Shown: positions 39,183 to 49,519 of the stretch, piece after piece
How the letters are laid out: each line of letters starts with the position of its first letter
Numbering within the stretch: the stretch's first letter is position 1
Origin: Bacillota bacterium
Lineage (GTDB): Bacteria > Bacillota > Limnochordia > DTU087
Direction of reading: 5' to 3'
DNA: 64,000 nt
Assembly (NCBI GenBank): GCA_012735435.1
Contig: JAAYHH010000011.1
Location: 14,141 to 78,140, forward strand
Translations under genes and position numbers: made by a program
The notes under the pieces: generated by a model
Seen by the model: only the letters and a program-made list of their open reading frames with translations
What the model was told of the DNA's origin: nothing
The model's database searches: none

Positions 39183-39863
39183 CTAAAGGTAACGGGATGC
39201 CGTTTCAATAAGTGTCGGTGTGACGAAGGTCTCCACCAGGGTCGCTGCGCCCATTAATCCACATGCTCCAATTGTCAGCAGGGTGGTTCGGAAAAATTGC
39301 TGGTACATGTTGATGTCCCGGCGTCCCATAAGGGTTCGCAAAGCAGACCAGGAAAAACTCAAGGATGCACCGCCGGCCAAGATGATGGCCGGGACCACCA
39401 GGAGATTATGTGGAACCACCGATACAACTGCCAAGGCAATGCCTTTGAAGACCATTTCCTCCACCATGAAACCTACGGTAAATCCCAAAACAAAGCCCCG
39501 CAGGAAGAGTAGGGCCAGAACGAAGGGTGCTCCCAATACCGATAAGCCCAAAAGCCATATCAGCCCTACAGTCTTGGTAACGTTTTGAACAAAGGTCTGG
39601 CGGACAGCGGTGGGTGAGCCGGCGGCTTCAGTTTCGGGAAAGGCTTCAAAGAAGGTCTGAATATAGCCTGCCAGATCATTTCGCTGTTCGGCACTTAGGG
39701 CTTTGACGGCAAAGGCGCCGCTGATGGTACCCATGATAAATACTACAAGAACAAACATATATGCGGCAGTGCGGCGGCGAAAATAGCCTTGGAAAGCTCC
39801 CCGTACTTGTCTGGCCATGGCAGTGCCTCCTCTTTGCCCCGACTGCAATTCCCTTCTTGTCAC
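39183..39863 (-). CDS. spoIIM: stage II sporulation protein M-like membrane protein
   Basis: 226 aa; 5-6 TM helices, size and position as for SpoIIM; true start may be the internal MARQVRGAF. Confidence 0.55.
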   Translation of the reverse strand: MTRRELQSGQRGGTAMARQVRGAFQGYFRRRTAAYMFVLVVFIMGTISGAFAVKALSAEQRNDLAGYIQTFFEAFPETEAAGSPTAVRQTFVQNVTKTVGLIWLLGLSVLGAPFVLALLFLRGFVLGFTVGFMVEEMVFKGIALAVVSVVPHNLLVVPAIILAGGASLSFSWSALRTLMGRRDINMYQQFFRTTLLTIGACGLMGAATLVETFVTPTLIETASRYL

Positions 39864-39903
39864 ACCATCCTTATGCGTTTTTTGGGCGCTTTATGCTAGG
39901 GAG

Positions 39904-40503
39904 TTACAGCAGGTGGGAAACATCATTGACGCTGACCAATTCAAGATCCTCAAGATTAGTGCCTTGGACAATGCTGATGCCGCCGTTGTCCAAAATGTGC
40001 TGGGGGTGACTCTGACCTTCAATCCACGCCAAGAGCGCCCGCAGAAGCCCGCCGTGGGATACTACGATTCCCGTCTGCCCTGGATATTGGGTCAGTACCC
40101 AATCCAAGGCCTTGATGCTCCTTTCCCTCAATTCTGCCAAGGTTTCACCGCCGCCGGGGGCGGCCGACATGGGGTCTTCCCTGGTCTTCTGCCATTCTTC
40201 AGGATACAGCTCCTGAATCTCAGCTCTGGTCAGGCCCTCCCAGCGCCCGTAATTCCGCTCCCGCCAGAGGAGACAGCTGATTACCGGAAGCGCCAGTTTA
40301 CGCCCTATGGGGGCTGCTGTGTCCAGGGCCCGGGTCAGATCACTGCTGATTATGAAACTGGCCTTTACCTCAGCTAGATGCTCCGCCGTCCGCTCCGCTT
40401 GCTCGCGGCCTTTATCGGTCAGGGGGATGTCTGTCTGCCCTTGGTATCGCTTTGCTTGGTTCCACTCAGTCTCGCCATGCCTGACGAGATAGATCGTAGT
40501 CAT
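39904..40503 (-). CDS. histidine phosphatase family protein (phosphoglycerate mutase-like / alpha-ribazole phosphatase-like)
   Basis: RHG catalytic motif LVRHGETEWN; 199 aa. Confidence 0.8.
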   Translation of the reverse strand: MTTIYLVRHGETEWNQAKRYQGQTDIPLTDKGREQAERTAEHLAEVKASFIISSDLTRALDTAAPIGRKLALPVISCLLWRERNYGRWEGLTRAEIQELYPEEWQKTREDPMSAAPGGGETLAELRERSIKALDWVLTQYPGQTGIVVSHGGLLRALLAWIEGQSHPQHILDNGGISIVQGTNLEDLELVSVNDVSHLL

Positions 40504-40518
40504 TTCATCGACTCTCCT

Positions 40519-41697
40519 TCAGCATTCCTGGTGGTTCTTGACGCGGCCGTAACGCCCACCCCCGCCCTCGGCTAGAGCAAGACGCCCTTCCCTGGCAGCA
40601 GCGATGTTTTCAGCCACCTTGGTTCCAACCACATCCTCCAGCTCCCCAAGGGATGTTCCGTGGAGTATCTCCATCTCGGTGCCGAAGGCCTCCAGAAGCT
40701 TATTTAGGGTTTTCTTGCCGACACCGGGAATGAACTCCAAGGGAACTTGGTGAATATAAGGAGGACGGTTTGGGGGATGTACGGGTTCATTTTCATCGGC
40801 GATGGCGGTGATGCGATCCAGCACCCCTACAACGACCTTATCGCTGTCACACCTGCTGCATTGATAAACCGGGGGAGCACCCTCAACTACCCTTTCACAC
40901 TTAAGGCAAAAGGTCCGGTGATACTTGCCCAAGCGTGGCTCTAGACCGTAATTGGCCAGAATTATGTTTTCCGGGTCACCAGCAAGTGCTTTGCAAAAAT
41001 GGGCAAAGTCAGGTTTTATCAGCTTTAGCTTGTTGTATTCCCGGGCAATTTTGGGAAGGGAATGGGCATCTGAATTGCTCAAAAACCGTACATTGGATAA
41101 TTCATGGATTCTATCAGCCAAGTAGGTATCGGAACTTAACCCCAGCTCCAAGGCAGTAAAGTCTACGCCAATTTCAGCTAAGCGCCTTACGCAGTTGCCG
41201 TAAACGCTCTTGAAGGGGGTGAAGGCATGGGCCGGCAAGAAAATCCCTGAAAGTTCACGTACTACGAACTCATTGACTTCCTGAATCTCGAGACTAGCCC
41301 GCTGAGAGCTCAGGGAAATATTGGTAATAGCCCCAGATAAGAATTGGCTTAGCTCCTCCATGGTCTTCAAGGAAGGGGTAAAGGCGAGGAAATGGGCACT
41401 TCCTCCTTGAGGTCCCCCGAGCTCAATCTCTGCCCCTAGAAGCAGGGTGACCTTCCCCAGATAATCCAAGCCTCCACCTGGAAGAGCTGTCAAGTCGCCT
41501 CTATCAACCAATGCCCGAAGGTCAGCCAATACAGCTGGAGAAGCGCAGTCGACGATGCCGGCGATTTGTATTCCTTTGCGTTCTGAGCATTCCTTTAGTA
41601 TTCCTTCTACAGTTAAGGCGGGTGAGGCAGTAATTTTCACCGGAGCTCCGCACCCGGCCCGGCCGATATGGATGTGCAAGTCAGCAAAAAAGATCAA
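40519..41697 (-). CDS. endonuclease Q-like (TIGR00375 family) PHP-domain nuclease with Zn-ribbon and HhH
   Basis: N-terminal PHP motif IFFADLHIHIG; C4 zinc ribbon CLKCERV...CSRCDSDK; C-terminal helix-hairpin-helix IPGVGKKTLNKLLEAF; true start is TTG at 41697 with RBS AGGAGG (the ORF-track Met at 41805 lacks an RBS). Confidence 0.6.
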   Translation of the reverse strand: MIFFADLHIHIGRAGCGAPVKITASPALTVEGILKECSERKGIQIAGIVDCASPAVLADLRALVDRGDLTALPGGGLDYLGKVTLLLGAEIELGGPQGGSAHFLAFTPSLKTMEELSQFLSGAITNISLSSQRASLEIQEVNEFVVRELSGIFLPAHAFTPFKSVYGNCVRRLAEIGVDFTALELGLSSDTYLADRIHELSNVRFLSNSDAHSLPKIAREYNKLKLIKPDFAHFCKALAGDPENIILANYGLEPRLGKYHRTFCLKCERVVEGAPPVYQCSRCDSDKVVVGVLDRITAIADENEPVHPPNRPPYIHQVPLEFIPGVGKKTLNKLLEAFGTEMEILHGTSLGELEDVVGTKVAENIAAAREGRLALAEGGGGRYGRVKNHQEC

Positions 41698-41869
41698 TAA
41701 AAATACCTCCTGGTTCCAAGACAAGGCTGCAGTTGGACGAAGCCTTTGTGCTCCTTCAATTGCTACATCCACTGCAAAATACCAAAAAGGCGCCATACCT
41801 GTCAAGGCAGTGTTTAGCAGAAACCTGCCGCAACAGGATGACGCTGGTTCTCCTGTGCTGATTCGATCA

Positions 41870-42982
41870 TCACTTATTTTTGTCTAATAGCCACCGGGCT
41901 GCCAGCCACCCCGCGGCCCCGCCGGCCCGGAAAAAGGCTGGGTCATCTGACGGCCTCCTTCCCATGGAGGTGACCTCCACCTGGTATTCTTCAAGGAGCT
42001 CTAGGGTTCGGTCTTCTTGTATCCAGTAGATATGGTGGCGGCGGTCAAGACCTAGCTCCTCTATCTGCTGCTGCAGGTGCATGCCTTCATCGCCTCCTAA
42101 TTGGGGCAAAGGAAGGTGACAGGCAGTATGGCAGAGCCGCATAAGGACAGTGCAGGTGTGGTGGCTTAAACCGTAGTGGCGCGGCCGCTTGTCTGCCAAA
42201 CTAATCCTAGGCACTGCGATTGCCCTTCCCCCTAAAGAATTGACGGCATCTAGAATAGGAGCTGTTTCCAGGGCTGTTGTGCCAAAGAGTGTTCCAGTAC
42301 CCACAACCCCAGGCCCCATGGCGACGACGCAGGCGTCTGCCTTGGCAGCGTGCTTTGCTGCTAGAAGTCCTGAATAGATGTTCACGGCTTCGAGATCACC
42401 GCCAAAGGCATGCCCAACAGTAATGGCCATAGTGATCAGACCTTTTTCTTTAAGGGACGCCGTCAGTTTGCTGAAAGCCAGCGGCAAAGCAGCGCCGTCG
42501 GTCATCAGGTATGCCAAGCGGGTTGGCCCCGGGGCGAAATGGTTAAATACCACAGCTATCGGTGCGATCAGACTGTGGAGGCTTGCTACCATGACCGGCA
42601 TACCGGCCAGGGAGTCAGCTTCTTGGAGTGTTGAGTGATATGGGCTCTTTTCTTCTTCCACTGACAAAGTGGCTAGCTGCAGGGGTGTATACCGAAGTTT
42701 CATGATATGACCGTTTAATTTGGGAGAATGCTTTGCCTTAAGGGGCTCTTTAACGCGCTGTTGGGGAATAGAGCTGATGACAAAGTGTACCCCGCCGGTT
42801 CCCAAATCTAAATCAACCGCGGTGGTGTTAAGCTCCACCAAATCTCCCGGGGAAACATCTCGGCTAAGCTGCCGGTAATTAACGGCGGAGATTAACTCAC
42901 CTTCGATTTCTACTTCCAGTTCTTGAATATGTACAGTGGTTTTATTGACTTTATTCACCTTGCCCCAGGTTCGGTTGAGCAT
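41870..42982 (-). CDS. uncharacterised conserved protein (DUF3866-like)
   Basis: 370-aa ORF; no catalytic motifs; tentative family assignment from memory of the domain. Confidence 0.4.
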   Translation of the reverse strand: MLNRTWGKVNKVNKTTVHIQELEVEIEGELISAVNYRQLSRDVSPGDLVELNTTAVDLDLGTGGVHFVISSIPQQRVKEPLKAKHSPKLNGHIMKLRYTPLQLATLSVEEEKSPYHSTLQEADSLAGMPVMVASLHSLIAPIAVVFNHFAPGPTRLAYLMTDGAALPLAFSKLTASLKEKGLITMAITVGHAFGGDLEAVNIYSGLLAAKHAAKADACVVAMGPGVVGTGTLFGTTALETAPILDAVNSLGGRAIAVPRISLADKRPRHYGLSHHTCTVLMRLCHTACHLPLPQLGGDEGMHLQQQIEELGLDRRHHIYWIQEDRTLELLEEYQVEVTSMGRRPSDDPAFFRAGGAAGWLAARWLLDKNK

Positions 42983-43317
42983 AGTTATCCCTCCGAACCG
43001 CCCTAGCGGTAGTGAAAAACATTGCCTTAACTAGAATTGCCGTGAACGGCGGGAAAGATGCGGATAGCACAGCTAGAGCGTGGATATTCTCGAACATCCT
43101 ATGCCAATCTGCGGCAATGGAGAAGGGCATACCCTAGGGCCTGGAAAACTAGCCAAAAAAATAAAATTCCGCTGGGTGGGGATCCCCGCGGAAACTTGCA
43201 GTACTATTTTCCAACAGCCTCCTGCCTTATCTAACCGTTACTTACTCGTGTAGGTTCTGCATATCCAGATAACCGGATATGCAGACCTTTCCGCCGATTT
43301 TGCCGGTAATCAGCCGC

Positions 43318-45459
43318 TTAGGATCGCGGCCGCTTTCCCCGGCCGTTGCGGCCCCTCTTGTTCTCAGTTACCTCCAATGCTTCGGGACGGGCCAGATTGA
43401 TTCTACCCATACGGTCAATTTCGATTACCTTTACGGTAACAGTCTCTCCAACCTGGACCACATCTTCCACTTTGTCTACCCGGCCTTTGGCCAGCTTCGA
43501 GATATGGAGCAGCCCTTCCTTGCCTGGAAGCAGTTCCACAAAGGCACCGAAGTCCACGATTCGCTTCACCGTTCCCAAGTAAGTTTCGCCTACCTCCACA
43601 TCCTTCACCAAGAGCTCAATCATCTTTTGAGCCCGGTCCCCTGCTTCTTGGTCGGTGGCAGCTACATAAACCCTGCCGTCATCTTCTATATCAATGGTGA
43701 CACCAGTTTCGTCGATGATCTTCCTGATGGTCTTGCCCCCTGGGCCGATGACATCCCTGATCTTGTCCACAGGAATCTCCATAGTGAAAATCCGGGGAGC
43801 GTAGGGTGACAACTCCTCCCTGGGACGCTCGATGATCTCCAGCATTTTCCGGAGAATGTACATTCTCCCTTCCCTGGCTTGAGCCAAGGCCTGCTGCAGG
43901 ACGTCCCAGATAACGCCTTGGATTTTGATATCCATCTGTAAAGCGGTAATGCCCCGTTCCGTTCCAGCGACTTTGAAATCCATATCTCCCAAGGCATCCT
44001 CCATACCCTGGATGTCGGAGAGAATGGAAAACTCATCGCCGTCTTTGACCAATCCCATGGCGATGCCTGCCACTGGGCGCTCAATGGGAACACCGGCATC
44101 CATGAGGGCCAGGGTACTGCCGCAGACGCTGGCCATGGAGGAAGAGCCGTTGGATTCCAAGACCTCTGACACCAAGCGGATGGTATACGGGAATTCTTCT
44201 TCTCCAGGAATCATCGGCAGAAGCGCCCGTTCCGCCAAAGCACCATGACCGATCTCCCGGCGGCCGGGACCCCGTATGGGACGGACTTCACCGACGCTAA
44301 AGGACGGGAAATTGTAATGGTGGATATAGCGCTTGCTGTCTTCGTAACCTAGATCATCCAGGAGCTGTTCATCGGACTTGACGCCCAGTGTACAGGTTGT
44401 GAGAACCTGGGTCTGCCCCCGGGTAAAGACAGCCGATCCATGGGCCCTAGGCAAGATGCCCACTTCACAGGTTATCTGCCGAATCTCATCCAATCCTCGG
44501 CCATCGGGTCTTCGCTTTTCATGGATAATCATGTTTCGGACGATTTCCTTAATCAAGGCTGCAATCACCCGATCAAGGGCCTGTTCCTTTTCAGCAAAGA
44601 CCTCTTCTCCAAATTCCTCCAAGTACTCTGCGTGGAGGGTCAGACGGACATTGTCCACATCTTCTTCCCGACTCAGCTTATCAGCGTTGCGCAGGGCTTC
44701 CTGAAGTCGGGCTGTTCCCCTTTCCCGCACCCACTGGTCCACGTCAGCATCAATGTCCGGTAGCTCAAATTCCTTCTTGGGCTGTCCAATCTGTCTAACT
44801 ATTTCCTCTTGAAATTCCACCAGAGTTATTACATATTGGTGCCCAAACTTGATGGCCTCAAGGACAATCTCCTCAGGGACTTCATTGGCCCCTGCTTCCA
44901 CCATGGTCACCGCATCTTTGGTGCCGGCGACAACTAAGTGGAGATCGCTTTTCATCTGCTGCTCATAGGTGGGGTTGATGACAAACTCGCCGTCGACTCG
45001 GCCGACGATGACGCCGCCTACAGGTCCGTTGAAGGGAATATCGGAGATGGATAAGGCAGCGGAAGCTCCTACGAGGGCCGTAATGTCAGGAGCATTGTCT
45101 TGGTCTACGGAGAGAATTGTAGCCACAATCTGGACATCGTTGCGCATACCCTCGGGAAACAGTGGTCTCAAAGGGCGATCAATCATCCTTGCTGCGAGAA
45201 TAGCTGCTTCACCGGGACGACCTTCCCGGCGTCCCCAGCCGCCCGGCACCTTCCCAACTGCATACATTCGCTCTTCGTAGTCAACCAACAAAGGGAAAAA
45301 ATCTATACCCTCTCGAGGTTCTTTGGACATGGTAGCTGTCACTAGTACTACGGTATCCCCATAGCGCATAAGTACGCTGCCGTTGGCCTGTTTTGCCAGG
45401 GCGCCGGTCTCGACGGTTAGTGTTCTCCCTCCCAGTTCCAGCTGAAATTCCTGTTTCAT
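43318..45459 (-). CDS. pnp: polyribonucleotide nucleotidyltransferase (PNPase)
   Basis: two RNase PH domains, KH ([15 protein letters not shown]) and S1 ([21 protein letters not shown]) domains; RG-rich C-terminal tail; start at MKQEFQ. Confidence 0.95.
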   Translation of the reverse strand: MKQEFQLELGGRTLTVETGALAKQANGSVLMRYGDTVVLVTATMSKEPREGIDFFPLLVDYEERMYAVGKVPGGWGRREGRPGEAAILAARMIDRPLRPLFPEGMRNDVQIVATILSVDQDNAPDITALVGASAALSISDIPFNGPVGGVIVGRVDGEFVINPTYEQQMKSDLHLVVAGTKDAVTMVEAGANEVPEEIVLEAIKFGHQYVITLVEFQEEIVRQIGQPKKEFELPDIDADVDQWVRERGTARLQEALRNADKLSREEDVDNVRLTLHAEYLEEFGEEVFAEKEQALDRVIAALIKEIVRNMIIHEKRRPDGRGLDEIRQITCEVGILPRAHGSAVFTRGQTQVLTTCTLGVKSDEQLLDDLGYEDSKRYIHHYNFPSFSVGEVRPIRGPGRREIGHGALAERALLPMIPGEEEFPYTIRLVSEVLESNGSSSMASVCGSTLALMDAGVPIERPVAGIAMGLVKDGDEFSILSDIQGMEDALGDMDFKVAGTERGITALQMDIKIQGVIWDVLQQALAQAREGRMYILRKMLEIIERPREELSPYAPRIFTMEIPVDKIRDVIGPGGKTIRKIIDETGVTIDIEDDGRVYVAATDQEAGDRAQKMIELLVKDVEVGETYLGTVKRIVDFGAFVELLPGKEGLLHISKLAKGRVDKVEDVVQVGETVTVKVIEIDRMGRINLARPEALEVTENKRGRNGRGKRPRS

Positions 45460-45596
45460 TCTTCGTACCTCCTTAGGGTTCAATGGCCACTCTCGCCCGG
45501 CATTGACTCGTTCCTCCTGATCAAGTGTACCGGCCGTTATGATAAGTATCTTCTTGTTTTCCCACGGGCATTCCAGCCCGGGAAAGTCAGAGTGGT

Positions 45597-45627
45597 CATG
45601 TGAAGAAGGAGCGGGGTTACCGCTCCT
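45597..45627 (-). terminator. rpsO terminator / pnp leader hairpin
   Basis: stem AAGGAGCGG-GGTTA-CCGCTCCTT between rpsO and pnp, as in the known rpsO-pnp arrangement. Confidence 0.35.
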
Positions 45628-45637
45628 TCACTTACGA

Positions 45638-45916
45638 TTACCCTCGTATGCCGAGTTTGGCGATAAGGGTTCGATACCGTTCAATGTCTCGTTCCCGAAG
45701 ATAGTCAAGCAGCCCTTTTCTCTGACCAATCATTTTCAGCATGCCCCGTCGGGAATGGTAGTCCTTCTTGTGTACCTTGAGGTGCTCAGTTAGATCACTG
45801 ATCCTCTTGGTGAGAATCGCTATCTGCACCTCAGGTGATCCAGTATCAGAGTCGTGGAGCTTATACTCATCGATGATTTGACGCTTGATATCTTTGTCCA
45901 GAGCCACTAACTTCAC
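45638..45916 (-). CDS. rpsO: 30S ribosomal protein S15
   Basis: [30 protein letters not shown]15 signature. Confidence 0.95.
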   Translation of the reverse strand: MKLVALDKDIKRQIIDEYKLHDSDTGSPEVQIAILTKRISDLTEHLKVHKKDYHSRRGMLKMIGQRKGLLDYLRERDIERYRTLIAKLGIRG

Positions 45917-46014
45917 CTCCTATACTTGAAATCCCCCCAGCCCAGAACGGCGTTGGAGGAGTTCGCCGAACCGAGTCAAGGGTTCCAAACACCGTATTCA
46001 CTATATCATAAAGC

Positions 46015-47034
46015 TTAGAGGCTGTAAATCTTTTCTGCAGGGGCAGAGCCGCTCTTGCTTTCTACGCCGGTTTGGAAGAGTCTGCGGGCATTCTGGATAT
46101 CCCAGGCAACTTGCCTTTGCAGTTCCTCGCTGCTGGCGAATTTTTGGATAGGGCGAAGATACCGGTGGAATGAAACCTCTAGCTCTTTGCCGTAATAAGC
46201 TGCCTTATGGTCCAGCACATGCACTTCTACTGCCCGGACCTTTCCATCAAAGGTTGGTTTCATGCTGATACTCAAAACACCTATCAGCTCCTGCCGGCGG
46301 GCGGCGAGCTTGCCTCCATCCTCAGCTCCTATCTCCCTCACCGTAACTGCGTAAACTCCATCTTTAGGTATCAGCCGATCTTCATTCACTTCCAGATTGG
46401 CGGTGGGAAACCCCAATTTTCTGCCCCGGCCGTCGCCTTGGATAACCGGACCGGCTAGACGGTAAGGACGGCCCAGGAGCTTGCCAGCTGTTTCTACATC
46501 TCCTTCTTGGAGCAGCCCCCTAATCCGGGTGCTGGATACTTTTTCACCATCGACAATCACAGAAGGCACTGTGGTCACCGATTGTATCCCCCAGCGGGAG
46601 CCTTCTTTCCGCAGGAACTCGGTGGTGCCTCGGCCCTTGTATCCAAAGGTAAAATCCCCTCCGGCCGCTACCGCCGCAACTCCCAGCCGGTCCACTAAAA
46701 TCTTCTTGATGAACTCTTCAGGTTCCAATCCAGCCAGCCCTTCATCGAAGATCAACTCTACAACAGCTTCGATACCAAGTTCCCACATGTATTGTCTCCG
46801 CTCATCCGCTCCTGTCAACAGCGGCGGCACTTCATCTGGCTTGACAATGGAAAGAGGATGGCGGTCAAAGGTGACTAGTGCCGGTGTCAGTCCTAGGGAA
46901 GCTCCAAGTTCCACTACTTGGGCTGCAATGGCCTGATGCCCCAGGTGCATTCCATCGAAAAAGCCCAATCCGGCTGCCATCCCTGTATTGAGCGCACTGC
47001 TGGTAATTCTGCCATCCCGCCAATAAATCTGCAA
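46015..47034 (-). CDS. ribF: bifunctional riboflavin kinase / FAD synthetase
   Basis: GFFDGMHLGHQ nucleotidyltransferase motif; C-terminal riboflavin kinase PTAN motif (GFPTANL). Confidence 0.9.
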   Translation of the reverse strand: MQIYWRDGRITSSALNTGMAAGLGFFDGMHLGHQAIAAQVVELGASLGLTPALVTFDRHPLSIVKPDEVPPLLTGADERRQYMWELGIEAVVELIFDEGLAGLEPEEFIKKILVDRLGVAAVAAGGDFTFGYKGRGTTEFLRKEGSRWGIQSVTTVPSVIVDGEKVSSTRIRGLLQEGDVETAGKLLGRPYRLAGPVIQGDGRGRKLGFPTANLEVNEDRLIPKDGVYAVTVREIGAEDGGKLAARRQELIGVLSISMKPTFDGKVRAVEVHVLDHKAAYYGKELEVSFHRYLRPIQKFASSEELQRQVAWDIQNARRLFQTGVESKSGSAPAEKIYSL

Positions 47035-47069
47035 ACCACACTCACCCCTGGTTCAGGTTCCAACTCTTG

Positions 47070-48071
47070 TTATTCCGAGGCCGAAGGAAGCAGCCTTACC
47101 GGCTGCAGCACTCCACCCGCTTTTCCCCGGGGAGTACGGCCAACCCCTAGAAATCTGCCTTGGCCGTCATATACCCGCAGCAGGCTGGTGGCCATTGGAT
47201 CTTCTTCGACACTTGCAGTCACTTCAACGTTAACGGGCTCAAGCCACTTCTTTACTTCCTTCACCGGTACAAAGCCGCCGTGACGCAGACGCCTGGCTGC
47301 TTTGCCGCTTAGCACAGCTCCAGGGAGATGACCTACTCCCCGATCCATAGGAATCAAGGCTGAGGGATTCGGAAGTGTACTTGCTTCTGTTTTTGCTTTC
47401 GTTTTCGGACCCGACTCCATTAGTTCCTCCAATGTGAGGGCATCCTGCAGCGACCAGGGGCCAACTCCTGTTCGAATCAAGAACGACATATGACTCGGCA
47501 CCTGGAGATATTCCCCCAGGTCTTGGCAGAGAGTGCGGATGTATGTGCCCTTTGAGCACGTAACATCGAAAAGGAATGTGTCTCCATACCCCCACTCTCC
47601 CCGGCGCCATTGGCCTACGGGATCAAGTCTAAGAATCTTCACCCGTCTAGCCTTTCTCTCAACTGTCTTTCCCTGCCGAGCCAATTGATAAAGGCGCTGT
47701 CCCTGATGCTTCACCGCTGAAACCATAGGCGGAATCTGCTCTATTTCTCCCCGAAAAGCATTAAGGGCCTTAAGCAGCTGTTCATCGGTAAAGGAAAACT
47801 CCCAGTCTTCTTTTACTACTTTACCGCCGGCGTCTTGGGTATCTGTGGATTTTCCAAACCAAAGCTCCGCTCGATAAGCCTTGATATGATCCTCCATGTA
47901 TGGAATCAATCTGGTTGCATTCCCTACACACACTACCAGGATGCCGGCTGCACCCGGGTCAAGGGTGCCTGTATGCCCCACTCGCCTTTCGCCGAGCTGC
48001 CGTCTAACGACATTTACCACATCATGGGATGTCATTCCCGGGGGTTTGAGAAGCACCAAAATGCCGTCCAT
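47070..48071 (-). CDS. truB: tRNA pseudouridine(55) synthase TruB
   Basis: GILVLLKPPGMTSHDVV and HTGTLDPGAAGILVVCVG catalytic Asp motif; PUA domain; start at MDGILVL. Confidence 0.9.
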   Translation of the reverse strand: MDGILVLLKPPGMTSHDVVNVVRRQLGERRVGHTGTLDPGAAGILVVCVGNATRLIPYMEDHIKAYRAELWFGKSTDTQDAGGKVVKEDWEFSFTDEQLLKALNAFRGEIEQIPPMVSAVKHQGQRLYQLARQGKTVERKARRVKILRLDPVGQWRRGEWGYGDTFLFDVTCSKGTYIRTLCQDLGEYLQVPSHMSFLIRTGVGPWSLQDALTLEELMESGPKTKAKTEASTLPNPSALIPMDRGVGHLPGAVLSGKAARRLRHGGFVPVKEVKKWLEPVNVEVTASVEEDPMATSLLRVYDGQGRFLGVGRTPRGKAGGVLQPVRLLPSASE

Positions 48072-49083
48072 CCTGGTCTTCGCCCCCCTTTCCCCCTGAC
48101 TGGTTGGAGAAGTCAGATGCCAGCAGGTTGGCGGCTGTCTCCAACACAAGGGCTTTGGCCTCCGGTAACGGCTTGTTAATTGTACACCCTGCCGCGTACA
48201 TATGGCCGCCGCCCCCAAATAAACCAGCTAGTTTGCTCGCGTCTATATTATCCCGGGAGCGAAAACTAACCTTGGTTCTTTCTGCTTCCAGCTCTCTAAA
48301 CATAATTGCCAGCTTTACCGTCTTGATCATTCGGGGATACTTAATCAGATCTTCCGACTTCTGACCGCTCCACTGTCTTTCACCGAGCATGGTTCTGGTT
48401 ACGGTAATCCAGCTCATCTCGCCCCGGGGACTGATCTCCAAGGTGTCCAGAGCTGCCCGCATGAGGTCAACTTCTTCGTAAGCCCTGTTTTCATATAGGT
48501 GTACAGCTATCTCGGCAGGGTTTGCTCCACATTTAACCAGTTCACTTGCGATGGACAGTACCCTGCTGTTGGTATTGCTGTAGCGAAAGGTTCCTGTATC
48601 CCCGGATAACGCGGCATACAGGTTGACAGCCATGGCCTCGGTCAGGGGGACATGCAGGTACTCAGTGATCAGCTCGTAGATGATTTCTCCAGTGGCTGCA
48701 GCCTTTGGGTTAATGTAAAAGGCCTGGCCAAAGCCTGGATTTGTCCCGTGGTGATCAATATTGATTACCGGCACGCCTGACCGCAGGTATGGAACTAGTC
48801 CGCCGCACCTATCCGGTTCACAGTCTGCAACAATAACTGCATCCACGGAGGGACTAAGATTCTCGCTGAAAACCTTGCATGATTCTATACCAGGCAGGAA
48901 ATCAAACCAATCTCCTAATGGGTCAGGAGAAACGCAGACGGCCCCCTTGCCTATCGCCTGCAAAGCCTGCTGGAGGGCCAACCCAGACCCGACGCTGTCG
49001 GGGTCCGGGTCGACATGCCAAGTAATTAAGAATTTCTTGTATGCTCTTATTGCTTGAGCTACTTGTTCAAGGGAACCCACCAC
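48022..49083 (-). CDS. nrnA: DHH/DHHA1 phosphoesterase NrnA (oligoribonuclease/pAp phosphatase)
   Basis: DHH motifs HVDPDPDSVGS, DHH (NIDHHGTN), DHHA1 GGGH; C-terminal ~25-aa extension overlaps the truB start by ~50 nt. Confidence 0.8.
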   Translation of the reverse strand: MVGSLEQVAQAIRAYKKFLITWHVDPDPDSVGSGLALQQALQAIGKGAVCVSPDPLGDWFDFLPGIESCKVFSENLSPSVDAVIVADCEPDRCGGLVPYLRSGVPVINIDHHGTNPGFGQAFYINPKAAATGEIIYELITEYLHVPLTEAMAVNLYAALSGDTGTFRYSNTNSRVLSIASELVKCGANPAEIAVHLYENRAYEEVDLMRAALDTLEISPRGEMSWITVTRTMLGERQWSGQKSEDLIKYPRMIKTVKLAIMFRELEAERTKVSFRSRDNIDASKLAGLFGGGGHMYAAGCTINKPLPEAKALVLETAANLLASDFSNQSGGKGGEDQDGRHFGASQTPGNDIP

Positions 49084-49478
49084 TATAAATCTTCTCCTAG
49101 AGTTGAAGCTGTATCTTGGTCCTCAGAATCAGAGCTCTCCTCCCTGAGCTCTCTGAGAAGCTGGGAGATGCGGGCGCCTCTCTCTATGGATTCATCCCAT
49201 CGGAAGACAATCTCCGGAGTATGCCGTAAGCGTATCCGTTGGCCGATTTCTGAGCGAATATAGCCAGTAGCCCGCTCAAGTCCCTCCATAGCTGCTCTCT
49301 TTGTATCATCGTCCCCTAACACACTTACAAATATCTTAACATGACGGAGATCCCGGGAAACTTCCGCATCTGTCACTGTAACAAAGGCGACCCGCGGATC
49401 CTTCATTTTCCGAATGATATCGCTTGCCTCCTGCTTAATCGCTTCCCGGACTCTTTGTACCCGCTGGTGGGTGGCCAT
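49083..49478 (-). CDS. rbfA: ribosome-binding factor A
   Basis: RVQRVREAIKQEASDIIR...VTDAEVSRDLRHVKIFVSV RbfA KH-like fold motifs. Confidence 0.9.
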   Translation of the reverse strand: MATHQRVQRVREAIKQEASDIIRKMKDPRVAFVTVTDAEVSRDLRHVKIFVSVLGDDDTKRAAMEGLERATGYIRSEIGQRIRLRHTPEIVFRWDESIERGARISQLLRELREESSDSEDQDTASTLGEDL

Positions 49479-49519
49479 ATTCCTCATCCCCTTCTTCAGC
49501 CCTTAGTGGTGATTATCGG

